Assembly: GCF_049075655.1 (NCBI RefSeq)
Contig: NZ_CP157522.1
Span: 1,024,001-1,088,000 of the forward strand
Reading direction: 5' to 3'
Length of the DNA: 64,000 bases
Source: Methanothermococcus sp. Ax23
Lineage (GTDB): Archaea > AGJL01 > Methanococci > Methanococcales > Methanococcaceae
Within the stretch, counting starts at the first letter, position 1; each line of letters begins with the position of its first letter. Position numbers and translations under genes: made by a program. A model generated the notes under the pieces. It was not told the origin of the DNA. It did no database searches and saw only the letters and a list, made by a program, of their open reading frames with translations. Shown here one piece after another: positions 20,396-31,100 of the stretch.

Positions 20396-20956
20396 TTATT
20401 TCCAGAGCTCTAACTCCCTTCTTTTAATATCCTGCCTATGCCTTTCAAGATACTTATACATCTTGGCATGAGAAGAACCTCTTAAAATCATAGATACTGC
20501 TTCTTTTGCTATTTGGACAGGTTCATATTCTCCAAGTATGGCAATGGTTTTTCCATAAACTGATAGGTCTGTATCTGTTAAGTCCTCAATATATCGTCTT
20601 GATTTTCCGCCACTGCCTATTACTCTTCCTTTAAGTCTTCTAATGGCATTATCTGAATGTGCATAGTCGGTAATATCAATTATTTCAAGAATATAATCGT
20701 CTGAAACTAATTTTAAAGCTTTTTCTGGATTGAATCCTCTTCCAATTGCCCTTATAATATCTCTTGCCTTCCATGTTGCCAAAGGGTCTTTCTGCTCTTC
20801 TGTGGAAAATACTGTAATCTCGCCGTCTTCATCAATATCAATCTCTACACCTAATTCTTTCTCGATTTTATTTTTGGTCTCTCCTTTTTTTCCAACTAAA
20901 ACCCCAATTCTATCTTTTGGGATTTTTAAAACTTCTATATTTCCTTCCATATCCAT
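20396..20956 (-). CDS. KH-domain RNA-processing protein (Pno1/Dim2 homologue)
   Basis: Two KH GxxG loops, AIGRGF, RLKGRVIG..GK; context next to rio1 and aIF-1A. Confidence 0.93.
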   Translation of the reverse strand: MDMEGNIEVLKIPKDRIGVLVGKKGETKNKIEKELGVEIDIDEDGEITVFSTEEQKDPLATWKARDIIRAIGRGFNPEKALKLVSDDYILEIIDITDYAHSDNAIRRLKGRVIGSGGKSRRYIEDLTDTDLSVYGKTIAILGEYEPVQIAKEAVSMILRGSSHAKMYKYLERHRQDIKRRELELWK

Positions 20957-21057
20957 AATCTCACATTTTATAGTTTATTAAATATAACTAGTTAATGATA
21001 ATATAATAAAAATAAAATAATATAAAATAATAATAGAATTTATTAATTTTAATTTAT

Positions 21058-21933
21058 TTAATAATTATTTGCGAGCTCCTCATCTATTGGTTGGAGCTCC
21101 TCTCCTGTGATGTATTTATATAATTCTTTATAGTTGCATGCTATTCCTTTCCTTTTAAAGAAATTACATATATTCTTTATATCTCTAATTAAAAGGGATT
21201 TTGATAATGGATGCTGAACAACAACGCCCTGTGAAAAGTCAATATATACTGGTTCGTTATCTTTAACCAATATATTATATTCCGATAAATCACCATGAAC
21301 AAGCTGGGCATCATTATAAAGTGTTTTTAAATCCTCTCTTATTAATTCATAAAATTTGCTATAATCAACATCAACAGCATCCTTTAATCTTGGTGAAGGA
21401 GCTCCTTCATCATCACTTATGAGCTCCATAAGAAGTATGTTTTCCCTTCTTAATATTGCCTTAGGACTATTGACATAATTATTTGCCCGTTTTAAATTTC
21501 TATATTCTTTCTCAACCCATGCGTGTATGATTTGTCTTGTAGAGCTCTTCCTTAAATGGAATCTTGGGTCTCCTTGAATATATTTCCACATGGTTTTAAA
21601 ATCACAGGTGGAAACTCGATATACCTTTACAGCAAAATATTTGTTTTCCTTAATTGCTGAAAAAACTATTGATTCCTTTCCAGAGTTGATTATCCCAAGA
21701 AATTCATCAATATGCTTTCCATTCAATAATCCATGAAGTGTTAAAAGAGTTCTATTGTCGAACACTCCATCTTCTGTTTTTAAATCTTCTAAAAACCTTT
21801 TTTTTCTTTCCACTATTTTCTTTTGATATTCTCTATCGAGACGTTTTTCCTGTTTTAATTTTGACACTTCATCGTTATTATTATTTCCTTTATTATTGAT
21901 ATTTTTATTACCAATATTTTGCTGTTTATTCAT
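21058..21933 (-). CDS. rio1: Rio1 serine/threonine kinase
   Basis: SGKES.VF, AVKVY, YIQGDPRF, LVHGDLSEYN, IDFSQ. Confidence 0.95.
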   Translation of the reverse strand: MNKQQNIGNKNINNKGNNNNDEVSKLKQEKRLDREYQKKIVERKKRFLEDLKTEDGVFDNRTLLTLHGLLNGKHIDEFLGIINSGKESIVFSAIKENKYFAVKVYRVSTCDFKTMWKYIQGDPRFHLRKSSTRQIIHAWVEKEYRNLKRANNYVNSPKAILRRENILLMELISDDEGAPSPRLKDAVDVDYSKFYELIREDLKTLYNDAQLVHGDLSEYNILVKDNEPVYIDFSQGVVVQHPLSKSLLIRDIKNICNFFKRKGIACNYKELYKYITGEELQPIDEELANNY

Positions 21934-21943
21934 TATATCACAA

Positions 21944-22252
21944 TTAATAGAGCTCTTTCAAATATCCTTTTTTAGCTAACCAGCTAACTTGTCCTTTTGT
22001 GTATCTCCATATTATATCGCATTTTTCATCGGATTGAACTTCCCATGGGACTACTATTACAACATCTCCTTCCCTTACCCATATTTTTCTTTTTAATTTT
22101 CCAGGGATTCTGCCCATTCTTGTTTTTCCATCCATACATCTTACTCTTACTCTACTTGCTCCTAACATCTGTTCAATTACTCCCAAAATTTCATTCTGGT
22201 CTTTTCTTGGAGTCCTAACTCTTGTAGGTTGTTCTTGACTCTGGTTTTGCAC
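21944..22252 (-). CDS. eif1a: Translation initiation factor aIF-1A
   Basis: [29 protein letters not shown]. Confidence 0.96.
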   Translation of the reverse strand: MQNQSQEQPTRVRTPRKDQNEILGVIEQMLGASRVRVRCMDGKTRMGRIPGKLKRKIWVREGDVVIVVPWEVQSDEKCDIIWRYTKGQVSWLAKKGYLKELY

Positions 22253-22514
22253 GATTTCACCTTCTATTTTATTTTTCTGTTTTATTTTTTTATTTTTTAT
22301 ATAATACGATTATTAAATTTAAATTACATAAAATATTATATTTTCATTCAATGAGATGTATTAATCTAAATTTTTTAAAGTTCTTTTTAAATGAGTCATA
22401 ATATATAAATTTAAATAATCGACATTATCTTTTAGTTGCTGAATGAATATATTAAGTGGTTATTTATATATATAGTTATTTACAATTTATTATTAGATAC
22501 GGTGGTGATGCATT

Positions 22515-22910
22515 ATGTGTATATTTTGCAAAATAGTAAATAAGGAAATTCCTGCAAAAATAATATATGAAGACGAAAATACTCTGGCGTTTTTAGATAT
22601 AAATCCAAGAAGTAAGGGGCATACTCTTGTAATACCAAAGGAACACTATGAAACATTTGATGAGCTCCCAGAAGAAACTGCTGTAAATCTGACAAAAACT
22701 ATCAAAAAAGTTGTTAATATATTAAAATCACTTAATCCCGATGGATACAATATATTAAATAATAATAAACCAATAGCAGGACAGGAAGTCCCTCATGTTC
22801 ATTTCCACATAATTCCAAGATATAATGACGAAAAGGAAGCAGTAATAAAGTTCTCTGAACCTGTAAATGTTGATTTAGATGAAGTTTCAAAAGAACTGAA
22901 TATAGAATAA
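22515..22910 (+). CDS. HIT family nucleotide hydrolase
   Basis: CIFCKI, GHTLVIPK, HVHFHIIPR. Confidence 0.95.
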   Translation: MCIFCKIVNKEIPAKIIYEDENTLAFLDINPRSKGHTLVIPKEHYETFDELPEETAVNLTKTIKKVVNILKSLNPDGYNILNNNKPIAGQEVPHVHFHIIPRYNDEKEAVIKFSEPVNVDLDEVSKELNIE

Positions 22911-23009
22911 CATAACTAAAATCATTTTATATTAAATCTATTATTTTATAAAAAAATTGGAAATGCATAAAAAATTTCCTATTAATTAAAAGAAAAAAAG
23001 GTGGGAAAA

Positions 23010-23342
23010 ATGATAATCACTACAACACCTAATATTGAGGGAAAAAGAATTGTAAAATATTTAGGATTAGTTAATGGGGATGCAATAATGGGGGTAAATG
23101 TATTTAAAGACTTATTTGCTGGAATAAGAGACATCGTTGGGGGAAGGGCTGGAGCTTATGAGCGAGAGCTCGCAAAAGCGAAAGAAATAGCATTAAATGA
23201 AATGATTGAAGAAGCGAAAAAATTAGGTGCAAATGCAATCGTTGGGGTTGATTTAGATTACGAAACCGTTGGAGCAAATGGAAGTATGTTGATGGTGTCA
23301 ATAAATGGAACTGCTGTTGTGGTTGAAGATGAAAATGAATAA
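23010..23342 (+). CDS. YbjQ/UPF0145 family protein
   Basis: ITTTP.IEG, RDIVGGR...[14 protein letters not shown]. Confidence 0.93.
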   Translation: MIITTTPNIEGKRIVKYLGLVNGDAIMGVNVFKDLFAGIRDIVGGRAGAYERELAKAKEIALNEMIEEAKKLGANAIVGVDLDYETVGANGSMLMVSINGTAVVVEDENE

Positions 23343-23364
23343 AAAAGAAAAATAAATTATTAAA

Positions 23365-24207
23365 TTATTCCTTTAAAAATTTAGGAACTGCCAAAAATAC
23401 CCCCTTATGAACATCTTCGTCATAGTATTTTGTTTCCATATTATTAAGTTTTTCTTTAATTTTTTCAGAATCTACTTCCAATGGATTGTATTTCTTTGAA
23501 GCTAATGTGAAGCTCCAAAATCCACTTGGATATGTTGGAATGGCATATACCAATGGTTTGATTATGCTAAATCCAGCTTCTTTTAAGTAGGTCTGAATAT
23601 CTTTTATTAAATCTTTGTTAAACAGTGGGCTTTCTGTCTGCTGAACCATTACCCCGTCATCTGTTAAACATTTATATACATTTTTGTAAAATTCCTTTTC
23701 AAAAAGTCCCTTTGCAGGTCCAACTGGGTCGGGGCAATCCACAATAATTACATCGTATTTTTCCTCGGTTTCAGCAACATACTTTATTCCATCTGTGAAT
23801 ATGGTATTTACCTTTTCATTGTCGATTTCACAGCTCAATGTTGGCATGTATTTTTTACACACCTCAACAACTTTTTCATCGAGCTCTACAAAATCAACCT
23901 TTTCAACAGTCTCGTGTTTAACAACTTCTCTAACTGTTCCACCGTCCCCTCCTCCAATTACCAATACCTTTTTTGGATTTGGGTGTGTAAATAATGCAGG
24001 GTGGGATATTAACTCATGGTATATAAATTCATCCCTTTCTGTTGTTTGGTATGTGTTGTCTAATATGAGAGCTCTCCCAAACTCCTCGGTGTCTAATATC
24101 TGAATCTCCTGATATTCTGAATTTCCAGTATATAAAACATCCTTTATCTTTGTGGATAATTTAAGTGCCTTTGTTTGATACTCTGAAAACCATAATTCAC
24201 ATTTCAT
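23365..24207 (-). CDS. speE: Polyamine aminopropyltransferase (spermidine synthase)
   Basis: DEFIYHE, VLVIGGGDGG, DVIIVD.PDP, PTYPSG.W. Confidence 0.96.
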   Translation of the reverse strand: MKCELWFSEYQTKALKLSTKIKDVLYTGNSEYQEIQILDTEEFGRALILDNTYQTTERDEFIYHELISHPALFTHPNPKKVLVIGGGDGGTVREVVKHETVEKVDFVELDEKVVEVCKKYMPTLSCEIDNEKVNTIFTDGIKYVAETEEKYDVIIVDCPDPVGPAKGLFEKEFYKNVYKCLTDDGVMVQQTESPLFNKDLIKDIQTYLKEAGFSIIKPLVYAIPTYPSGFWSFTLASKKYNPLEVDSEKIKEKLNNMETKYYDEDVHKGVFLAVPKFLKE

Positions 24208-24245
24208 AATATATCCCTCTTAAAATTATATAAAAAACTTATTAA

Positions 24246-24338
24246 ATTAGATGAAATCACTTCGTGATTTCGTTGCTTTTCCGGATGATAGGGGGAAAAT
24301 TTAAAACCGTAGGTTTTAGGTCGCTTGTTACTGCAAGC
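24246..24338. repeat. Cluster of micro-element-type hairpins between speH and speE
   Basis: ATTAGATGAAATCACTTCGTGATTTCGTTGCT (reverse complement of the element right half), AAAACCGTAGGTTTT, GCTTGTTACTGCAAGC. Confidence 0.7.
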
Positions 24339-24376
24339 AAAATGAAAATAAATTATATGCTAAATATATAAATGAC

Positions 24377-24730
24377 TTAATCTACAATATTTCCTCTTTT
24401 AATGTCAATAACTTCAAAATTATCAGGCTTTAAAAAAGACCTTATTGTTGGAATAGCATCCTCTGGATTCACATGCTCTCCGCAGGTGAATATGTCCATT
24501 GCAGCATATCCGAGCTCAGGCCATGTGTGTATTGATATATGACTTTCGGCAAGAACGGCAACTCCGGTAACGCCCTGTGGTGAAAATTTATGGGTTTTTA
24601 CACATATCAAAGTTGCTCCGCAAGAATCAACAGCATCTACGAGCATATTTTCAATGCCTATTTGGTCATCTAAGGCCTTGCTCTCGCATCCCCATAACTC
24701 TAAAATCAAGTGTTTTCCTAAGTGTTTCAA
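24377..24730 (-). CDS. speH: S-adenosylmethionine decarboxylase proenzyme
   Basis: [27 protein letters not shown]. Confidence 0.95.
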   Translation of the reverse strand: MKHLGKHLILELWGCESKALDDQIGIENMLVDAVDSCGATLICVKTHKFSPQGVTGVAVLAESHISIHTWPELGYAAMDIFTCGEHVNPEDAIPTIRSFLKPDNFEVIDIKRGNIVD

Positions 24731-24846
24731 TTATTTTCACCTCCTAATGTATTAAGCAGTTATTTAAATTTTTATGAAAGTTTTATTAAATGGCATATAT
24801 TTATTGAATATTATAATAGTATGTATAATAAATATTATTTATCAAA

Positions 24847-25368
24847 TTATGATTTATACCATAATGCTGCTGCGGCAAATGCACATCCTATGTTTTCTAC
24901 TGTATGTTCAGAAGCTATTGAAATGATTTTATCGATTTCCCAGCCTCTCATTTCAAATCCTTCCTTAGCCATATTTCTAACAGTATCTTCCGCCTCTTTT
25001 TTGCCGCAAACTCCTTCGTATTCCATGATAAGTCCGCACAATTCTTTATCTTTCGGAATGGCAATACTGATGGCAGCCGCTATTGTTTCTCCTTTTACAT
25101 CACTTATTTGATATCCGTATGCTGTTGGAACCAATGAACCCATTGGAATCTTTGGCAATGGTATAATATCTGCTTTTGGAGGCATGATGCTGCTGATTCT
25201 AATTAGATTTAAATTACCTATTCCTGCATCTAAAAGTGCCATGTCAAATGCATTTAATGGATTGTTTGCATCACCGACACCTGCAACAAGTGAAACTGTA
25301 TTTGGAACTTCAAATGGGGAATGAATAGGACTTTTCATGCTTGAACATCCACAAGTTTTATTATCCAT
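24847..25368 (-). CDS. pdaD: Pyruvoyl-dependent arginine decarboxylase
   Basis: [26 protein letters not shown] (SS cleavage site); ATG 25368 after RBS GGAGGTG. Confidence 0.95.
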   Translation of the reverse strand: MDNKTCGCSSMKSPIHSPFEVPNTVSLVAGVGDANNPLNAFDMALLDAGIGNLNLIRISSIMPPKADIIPLPKIPMGSLVPTAYGYQISDVKGETIAAAISIAIPKDKELCGLIMEYEGVCGKKEAEDTVRNMAKEGFEMRGWEIDKIISIASEHTVENIGCAFAAAALWYKS

Positions 25369-25534
25369 AAAATAAAACACCTCCTATATATTGTAAATTC
25401 TAATGATTTAAATAAATTTAATAAATATTAAAAATAATTAATTTTTTAAATTGGTATATTTTTTCACATAGAATAAAATTTTCTCATATATAAAGTATTC
25501 GGTTTGGTAAAAAATGGATTATTATTGTGATATT

Positions 25535-27124
25535 ATGAAAATAATGGTAATTACTGGGAAGCAGGCGTATCAGAAAGTAAAGAACGCTGTAAAAAAATAT
25601 GATTTTATAGATGTTCATAAAACAGATATATCAATAGCTGCTTTTTTAACTCCAAATATGATTATTAATGAAATTAAATCATTGGAAAAAGAAAAAAACA
25701 TGAGATTATCAAAAATTTATGATTTCATACTAGTTACTGGATTAATTAGGCATGATTTAAAAAAAGTGGAAGAAGAAACTGGAATAAAATGTTATAAATC
25801 AACAAGAGAAGCGTCAGACATCCCTCTTTTGATAGACAACCTTAAAGATATAACATTATCTACAAAAGATTATGCCGATAACCAAATTGTAAAGTTTGTA
25901 AAGCAGAAGTCTGAGGAAGAAATAAAAAAAGCAGAGGAAAAACCAATAGATTCTAAATCAAAAAGAAATATTAAGATAGGGACTCTAAAAGTAGGGGATG
26001 ATTATCCCATGAGAGTTTTAGGTGAGATTGTCCATACTCCATGGTTAAGCGACAAAGAACTGGAAGAAAAGATAATATACTACCTAAACAGCGGTGCAGA
26101 TATGATTGATTTGGGGATGGTATCAAATGAAGACCACTCCAAAGATTTAAAAAGAATAATAACTATTGCACGAGATATAACTGATAAGCCCATAAGTGTG
26201 GATACTCTTAATACAAAGGAATTGATTGAGGCAATAAATCTTGGGATAGATATGGTATTAAGTGTTGATGCAGGGAACATTGAGGAGCTCACCCCATATT
26301 TAAAAGATGGAGACACAACAGCAGTGGTTCTCCCAACGAATTATAAAATAAATTACGTTCCTGAAACAATAGATGATAAAATAAAAAGTTTAGAGGAGAA
26401 CATAAATAAATTAATTGAAAATGATATAAAAGTCGTTGGAGACCCAATATTAGAGCCGATAAATAACAATGGATGTAATTTTACAGAAAGTGTGATTGCA
26501 TGCAAAATATTTAAGGAAAGGAATAATATTCCAATGTTTTTTGGAATAGGAAATGTTACTGAGTTATTTGATGTAGATAGCAACGGAGCTCATGCAACCC
26601 TTACTGCAATAGGTTCTGAAATTGGTGCAAATATTTTATTTACTCCTGAGGCTTCATCAAAATGTAAATTTTCAATAAAAGAGTTGAAGATTGCTACAAA
26701 AATGATGTTTTTAGCAAAAAAAAGAAATTCACTTCCAAAAGATGTTGGATTTGATTTAATTAATTACAAGGATAAGAAATTTGATGAGCTCACCACCTAT
26801 CATAACTATAAAGATATTCCCGTAATAATGGCGGAAGAAAATGAGAAGCAGATTTTAGATGAAGGTAGCTTTAAAATTGAATTAGACCGAAAAAATAAAT
26901 TGATTGTTGTCATTTACTTCGATAGAAGAAAAAATCCAAAATACATTATTAAGGGAAAAACAGCAAAGGAAATATATGAAACGGCCATAAGATACAACCT
27001 AATTAAAAAAATGGACCATGCATCATATTTAGGTAAAGAACTGCAAAAGGCTGAAATTGCTTTGAAGATTGGAAAAAAGTATAATCAGGACTTTGAATTG
27101 TTCTATAATGAGTTTTGGAAATAA
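25535..27124 (+). CDS. Dihydropteroate synthase-like protein (methanopterin pathway, MJ0107/MptH family) with C-terminal DUF4346
   Basis: GADMIDLG, PISVDT, DPILEP, GNVTELFDVDS.G, HASYLGKELQKAE. Confidence 0.88.
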   Translation: MKIMVITGKQAYQKVKNAVKKYDFIDVHKTDISIAAFLTPNMIINEIKSLEKEKNMRLSKIYDFILVTGLIRHDLKKVEEETGIKCYKSTREASDIPLLIDNLKDITLSTKDYADNQIVKFVKQKSEEEIKKAEEKPIDSKSKRNIKIGTLKVGDDYPMRVLGEIVHTPWLSDKELEEKIIYYLNSGADMIDLGMVSNEDHSKDLKRIITIARDITDKPISVDTLNTKELIEAINLGIDMVLSVDAGNIEELTPYLKDGDTTAVVLPTNYKINYVPETIDDKIKSLEENINKLIENDIKVVGDPILEPINNNGCNFTESVIACKIFKERNNIPMFFGIGNVTELFDVDSNGAHATLTAIGSEIGANILFTPEASSKCKFSIKELKIATKMMFLAKKRNSLPKDVGFDLINYKDKKFDELTTYHNYKDIPVIMAEENEKQILDEGSFKIELDRKNKLIVVIYFDRRKNPKYIIKGKTAKEIYETAIRYNLIKKMDHASYLGKELQKAEIALKIGKKYNQDFELFYNEFWK

Positions 27125-27229
27125 AGACCCTATTTTATAAATTATAATTTTTTATATGTTCTATCAAATTCCACATCAAATTATATCAATTATAAAATTA
27201 ACAATATATGAATTATATCAAAACAGTAG

Positions 27230-27603
27230 CTGACCTACTCCAACGAGTGAACTCGTTGGGTTCTCGCTTACGGTAGTAAGCGAGCAACGAAATCACGAAG
27301 TGATTTCGTCTAATTTTAGTAGGGTTTAACCCTACACGGGTGGCCAAACCACTACCCCTATCCCCGTTTAGGAGATTCAGGGCTACCTTTTGAACTTCCA
27401 ACCACTACCAGCGGTAGAGTTTTCACTAACCCTACCCATAGATACTTGGACTGGTAGCGTTACTTACTATTAATCTTCTCATATTTATATTTTACTACTT
27501 ACTAGCCGATATAATGTCCGCCTCTCATCCAATCTCGTAAGAGATTTTACAAAACTATGTTTTGTATAACGATTAAAATCGTTGGCTTTCTCGGCGGTTT
27601 ATC
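27230..27603 (-). mobile_element. Non-autonomous, internally deleted derivative of the tnpB element at 50446-51905 (family B)
   Basis: Left end after TTAC nearly identical to 51820-51905; retains a tnpB internal fragment, the tnpB 3'/omegaRNA region and a right end ...GAGTAGGTCAG. Confidence 0.9.
27264..27314 (+). repeat. Double-hairpin micro-element nested in the right end of the family B element
   Basis: CGCTTACGGTAGTAAGCGAGCAACGAAATCACGAAGTGATTTCGTCTAATT is absent from the equivalent position at ~50480. Confidence 0.85.
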
Positions 27604-27655
27604 GTAAAAATAGCAAACCCTAACCTAAAAAACTAAAAAAAGGAAATATTTAAAT

Positions 27656-28111
27656 TTATTCTACTAACAACCTTGCGGTTTCTGGTGAATATCTCCATTT
27701 TGCAGGCAATACTTTCGTGTTTCTGTAGTATTTTACTAACCTTCTAATTTTTGATTCAATCAATTGTAATCCTCTTCTTGAATGTATATCTCTTGGATTC
27801 TGTTCAAGGTGGTTTCTTAAATTAATTGCTCTTTTCATTAAGTTTAACAAATCTTCTGGAATTTCAGGATAAACATTGTTTTCCTTCATTATCTGGCTTA
27901 TGCTTTTTCCTGTGATTAATTTTACATCAGGAACTCCGTAGGAATCTCTTAAAATTGTTCCTATAAGTGCGGATTGTTTCCCTTCTTTAGCCATTTCTAC
28001 GATTTTGTTTTCAATTTCCTCAGCTGTCAAATTAACCCATTTAGGAGCTTCTGTCCTTAAAGGTTTCTTTGAACCGGAGGAACCTCTTTTTCTTGAATGT
28101 AGCCTTGCCAT
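27656..28111 (-). CDS. rps15: 30S ribosomal protein uS15 (S15P/S13e)
   Basis: [32 protein letters not shown]. Confidence 0.98.
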   Translation of the reverse strand: MARLHSRKRGSSGSKKPLRTEAPKWVNLTAEEIENKIVEMAKEGKQSALIGTILRDSYGVPDVKLITGKSISQIMKENNVYPEIPEDLLNLMKRAINLRNHLEQNPRDIHSRRGLQLIESKIRRLVKYYRNTKVLPAKWRYSPETARLLVE

Positions 28112-28425
28112 AGTATCACGCTCATCATTTTATTTTAGTTCATTCCGATGATTCCCAGTTCAAAGTCATTACGACTTCATCAAAATTATAATAATATATT
28201 ATATATAGTTTATGGTCTTAATGGTTAGTTTAATTTTAAGGTATTATGTTTATTAATAAGCAGTATTATAATTATTGTTTGATAATACTATATTAATATT
28301 GTTTTAGAATATATCTGCTATTAATAATACGCATTGCCATAACATACCTATAAAAAATGCAAATATACAATATATTAAATATATATGCTAAAATCATATT
28401 TTTAACAAATGGAGGATGTGGTTTT

Positions 28426-29730
28426 ATGGGGAATAAAATTGCTGAATATTTTGAATTTGAAAAATATAGAACAAATTTTAAAGTCGAAACATTGGCAGGG
28501 ATAACAACATTTATGACAATGGCATACATCATCTTTGTGAATCCGCAGATATTGAGCATTGCAGGAATGGATTTTGGGGCAGTTATGGTGGCAACCTGTA
28601 TAGCTTCCGCAATTGCCTCATTGATTATGGGTCTTTTTGCAAGATACCCCTTTGCACTTGCTCCGGGTATGGGATTAAATGCCTACTTCACCTTTGGTGT
28701 GTGCTTAGGTATGGGAGTTGATTGGAGAGTTGCTTTGGGGGCTGTATTTATATCTGGAATATTGTTTATAATTTTAACACTCACAAAAATAAGAACTGTG
28801 ATATTTAACGCAATTCCAAATGCCATAAAATATGGAACTGCTGTGGGTATTGGTTTGTTTATTGCGTTTATTGGATTGAAAAGTGCAGGAATTATTGTTA
28901 GTAGTGAGGCAACTTTGGTTACATTGGGTAATTTATTGGAACCTCAAACCTTGTTAGCAATGTTTGGTATATTTTTAATAGGTATTTTACTATGTAGAAA
29001 GGTAGTTGGGGCTATTTTGTGGGGTATTATAGCAATATCTTTAATTGGGATGATTCTTGGCATTTCCCCATTTCCAGAGGGTATTGTTTCGATGCCACCT
29101 TCAATAGCACCAACATTTATGCAGTTGGATGTTATGGGAGCTCTGAATTTAGGGCTACTGACAATAATATTGTCATTCTTCTTTATAGATTTATTTGATA
29201 CATTGGGAACATTAAGTGCCCTGAGCTCTCAGGCAGGTTATTTAGAGGATGGAAAATTGCCAAGGGCTGAGAAGGCATTGATGTCAGATTCCATAGGAAC
29301 AACTATCGGCTCATTGCTGGGGACTTCAACGGTTACCACATATATTGAATCTGCATCAGGTATAGCGGTTGGAGGAAGGACAGGGTTTGTTTCAGTAATT
29401 GTGGCTCTGTTGTTTTTACTTGCCATCTTTTTCCATCCAATAGTAAGTGCAATCCCAGTCTATGCAACAGCTCCTGCATTGGTTATTGTTGGAACATTGA
29501 TGATGAGCCATGTAAAAAACATAAATTGGGATGATGTTTCAGATGCTATTCCTGCATTTATAACCTTAATCACCATCCCATTAACTTACAGCATAGCAAC
29601 TGGTTTAGCGTTAGGGTTCATATCCTATCCAATATTGAAAATTGCCAGTGGAAAAGCAAAAGAAGTCCATTGGATTGTTTATATATTGGCAGCAGTCTTT
29701 GCTTTGAGATTCGTCTATTTATCAGGATAA
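28426..29730 (+). CDS. NCS2/AzgA-family purine permease
   Basis: AGITTFMTMAYIIFVNP, LAPGMGLNAYF, YIESASG...GGRTG. Confidence 0.94.
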   Translation: MGNKIAEYFEFEKYRTNFKVETLAGITTFMTMAYIIFVNPQILSIAGMDFGAVMVATCIASAIASLIMGLFARYPFALAPGMGLNAYFTFGVCLGMGVDWRVALGAVFISGILFIILTLTKIRTVIFNAIPNAIKYGTAVGIGLFIAFIGLKSAGIIVSSEATLVTLGNLLEPQTLLAMFGIFLIGILLCRKVVGAILWGIIAISLIGMILGISPFPEGIVSMPPSIAPTFMQLDVMGALNLGLLTIILSFFFIDLFDTLGTLSALSSQAGYLEDGKLPRAEKALMSDSIGTTIGSLLGTSTVTTYIESASGIAVGGRTGFVSVIVALLFLLAIFFHPIVSAIPVYATAPALVIVGTLMMSHVKNINWDDVSDAIPAFITLITIPLTYSIATGLALGFISYPILKIASGKAKEVHWIVYILAAVFALRFVYLSG

Positions 29731-29911
29731 TATCTTATTTATATTTTTTTAGAGCATGGCATAACATAAATTGATTAAAAATTAAAAAAATTAAAGTTAA
29801 AAATCTATTATTATATTATTTTATTAATAAAATGATTTAAAAAAATAGGATGAGCTCTCACATAATATTAAATTTTCATATAGGTGAATTATAATTCATC
29901 ACCAATTGAAA

Positions 29912-30751
29912 TTACTCCTCATCTACTGTTGGCCTAACTCTTGCGAAGGTGATATATCCAGTATGGCCTATCATCCTCGTAGATGGTCGAGCTCCCTTTT
30001 CAGTAATTTCAATATTTCTTACAATACACTCAACAGTTTGAATATCTAAAAAGCCATGTTCCTTTAAGGCATCCACACTCTTTTTAGCCTGTTCAATGTA
30101 TGGAACATATATAGCAATTCTCCCCTTTGCCTTATTCAGTGAGTTTTTGGCATGTTCAACAACATTCCATGGGTCAGGCATATCTAAAACTATTACATCT
30201 ACATCTTTTTCTTCAATACCTTCTGTAATATCTCCGATTTTTTGAATTACATTGTATAATCCGTTATCGTTGTTATCGTTATCGGATACTTCATTTTCAT
30301 CTTCTTCATCTAATCCGATGATTTTCTGATTCTTTTTCACAGCTCCAACAATTTCTAAATTTTTTCTCGCTATCTTTGCAAATTCTGGTCTTTTTTCATA
30401 GGTAATTACTTTTCCATTCTTTCCCACAGCATTTGCAAGGTATATTGTCAGAGCTCCGGAACCTGTCCCTGCCTCTACAACAGTTTCCCCATCTTCTATT
30501 CCACAGTAGGTTAATATCATACCTATATCCTTTGGTAAAAGGGTAGTTACGCTTCTTTTCATCTTTTTTACAATGTCATAAACTGTTGGTTCAACGAGAT
30601 AAAATGTATGGTTGTTATGTGAGGTTATTGCTGTTCCCTCTTCTACATTTTCCAAATCGATTACGCCTAAATCATTTCCAAAGTTATTCACATCCTTTTT
30701 TATAAGGTATTTTTTTTCTCTTTCATCGATTATGAGCTTTTTAGTCTTCAA
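29912..30751 (-). CDS. trmI: tRNA (adenine-57/58-N1)-methyltransferase
   Basis: PKD, VVEAGTGSGALT, LDMPDPW, RP..RMIGHTGY. Confidence 0.95.
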   Translation of the reverse strand: MKTKKLIIDEREKKYLIKKDVNNFGNDLGVIDLENVEEGTAITSHNNHTFYLVEPTVYDIVKKMKRSVTTLLPKDIGMILTYCGIEDGETVVEAGTGSGALTIYLANAVGKNGKVITYEKRPEFAKIARKNLEIVGAVKKNQKIIGLDEEDENEVSDNDNNDNGLYNVIQKIGDITEGIEEKDVDVIVLDMPDPWNVVEHAKNSLNKAKGRIAIYVPYIEQAKKSVDALKEHGFLDIQTVECIVRNIEITEKGARPSTRMIGHTGYITFARVRPTVDEE

Positions 30752-30798
30752 AGTTTCACCATGTATTTAATTTTATTTTATGATTTTATATATTTTAT

Positions 30799-31100
30799 CT
30801 AATGTCGGCGGGAAGACACCTCCCGTAAGGGGGATGAAGGTTCCGACAGAAAATTATAAATATCGCTATCTAAATATAACATAACTGTTGCTACTTGTGA
30901 TTAACTAAAACTACAAACCATTTAGATTTGGACTGGCTCCATAAGGAGTTTCAGGTATGCTAGATGTGGTAAGCATAGCTCGGGATTCCAATAATGGATA
31001 CTGAGTAATGGGCTTGTGAATAGCCCAGTGAGGGTGAGGATAGTATAACTCCGATGACAGACCTCACGAAGCCCATCCCGTAAGGGAAGGGGTGATTCAC
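30799..31100 (+). mobile_element. Non-autonomous IS200/IS605 derivative (family A ends, different internal scaffold)
   Basis: TTTAT|CTAATGTCGGCGGGAAG left end, CCCGTAAGGG hairpins, ends TTCAC; interior unrelated to copies 1 and 3. Confidence 0.85.

Noticed and set aside
27213-27401. 62-aa ORF on the minus strand
   Set aside because: It is the tnpB C-terminal remnant read through the nested hairpin insert, not an independent gene.
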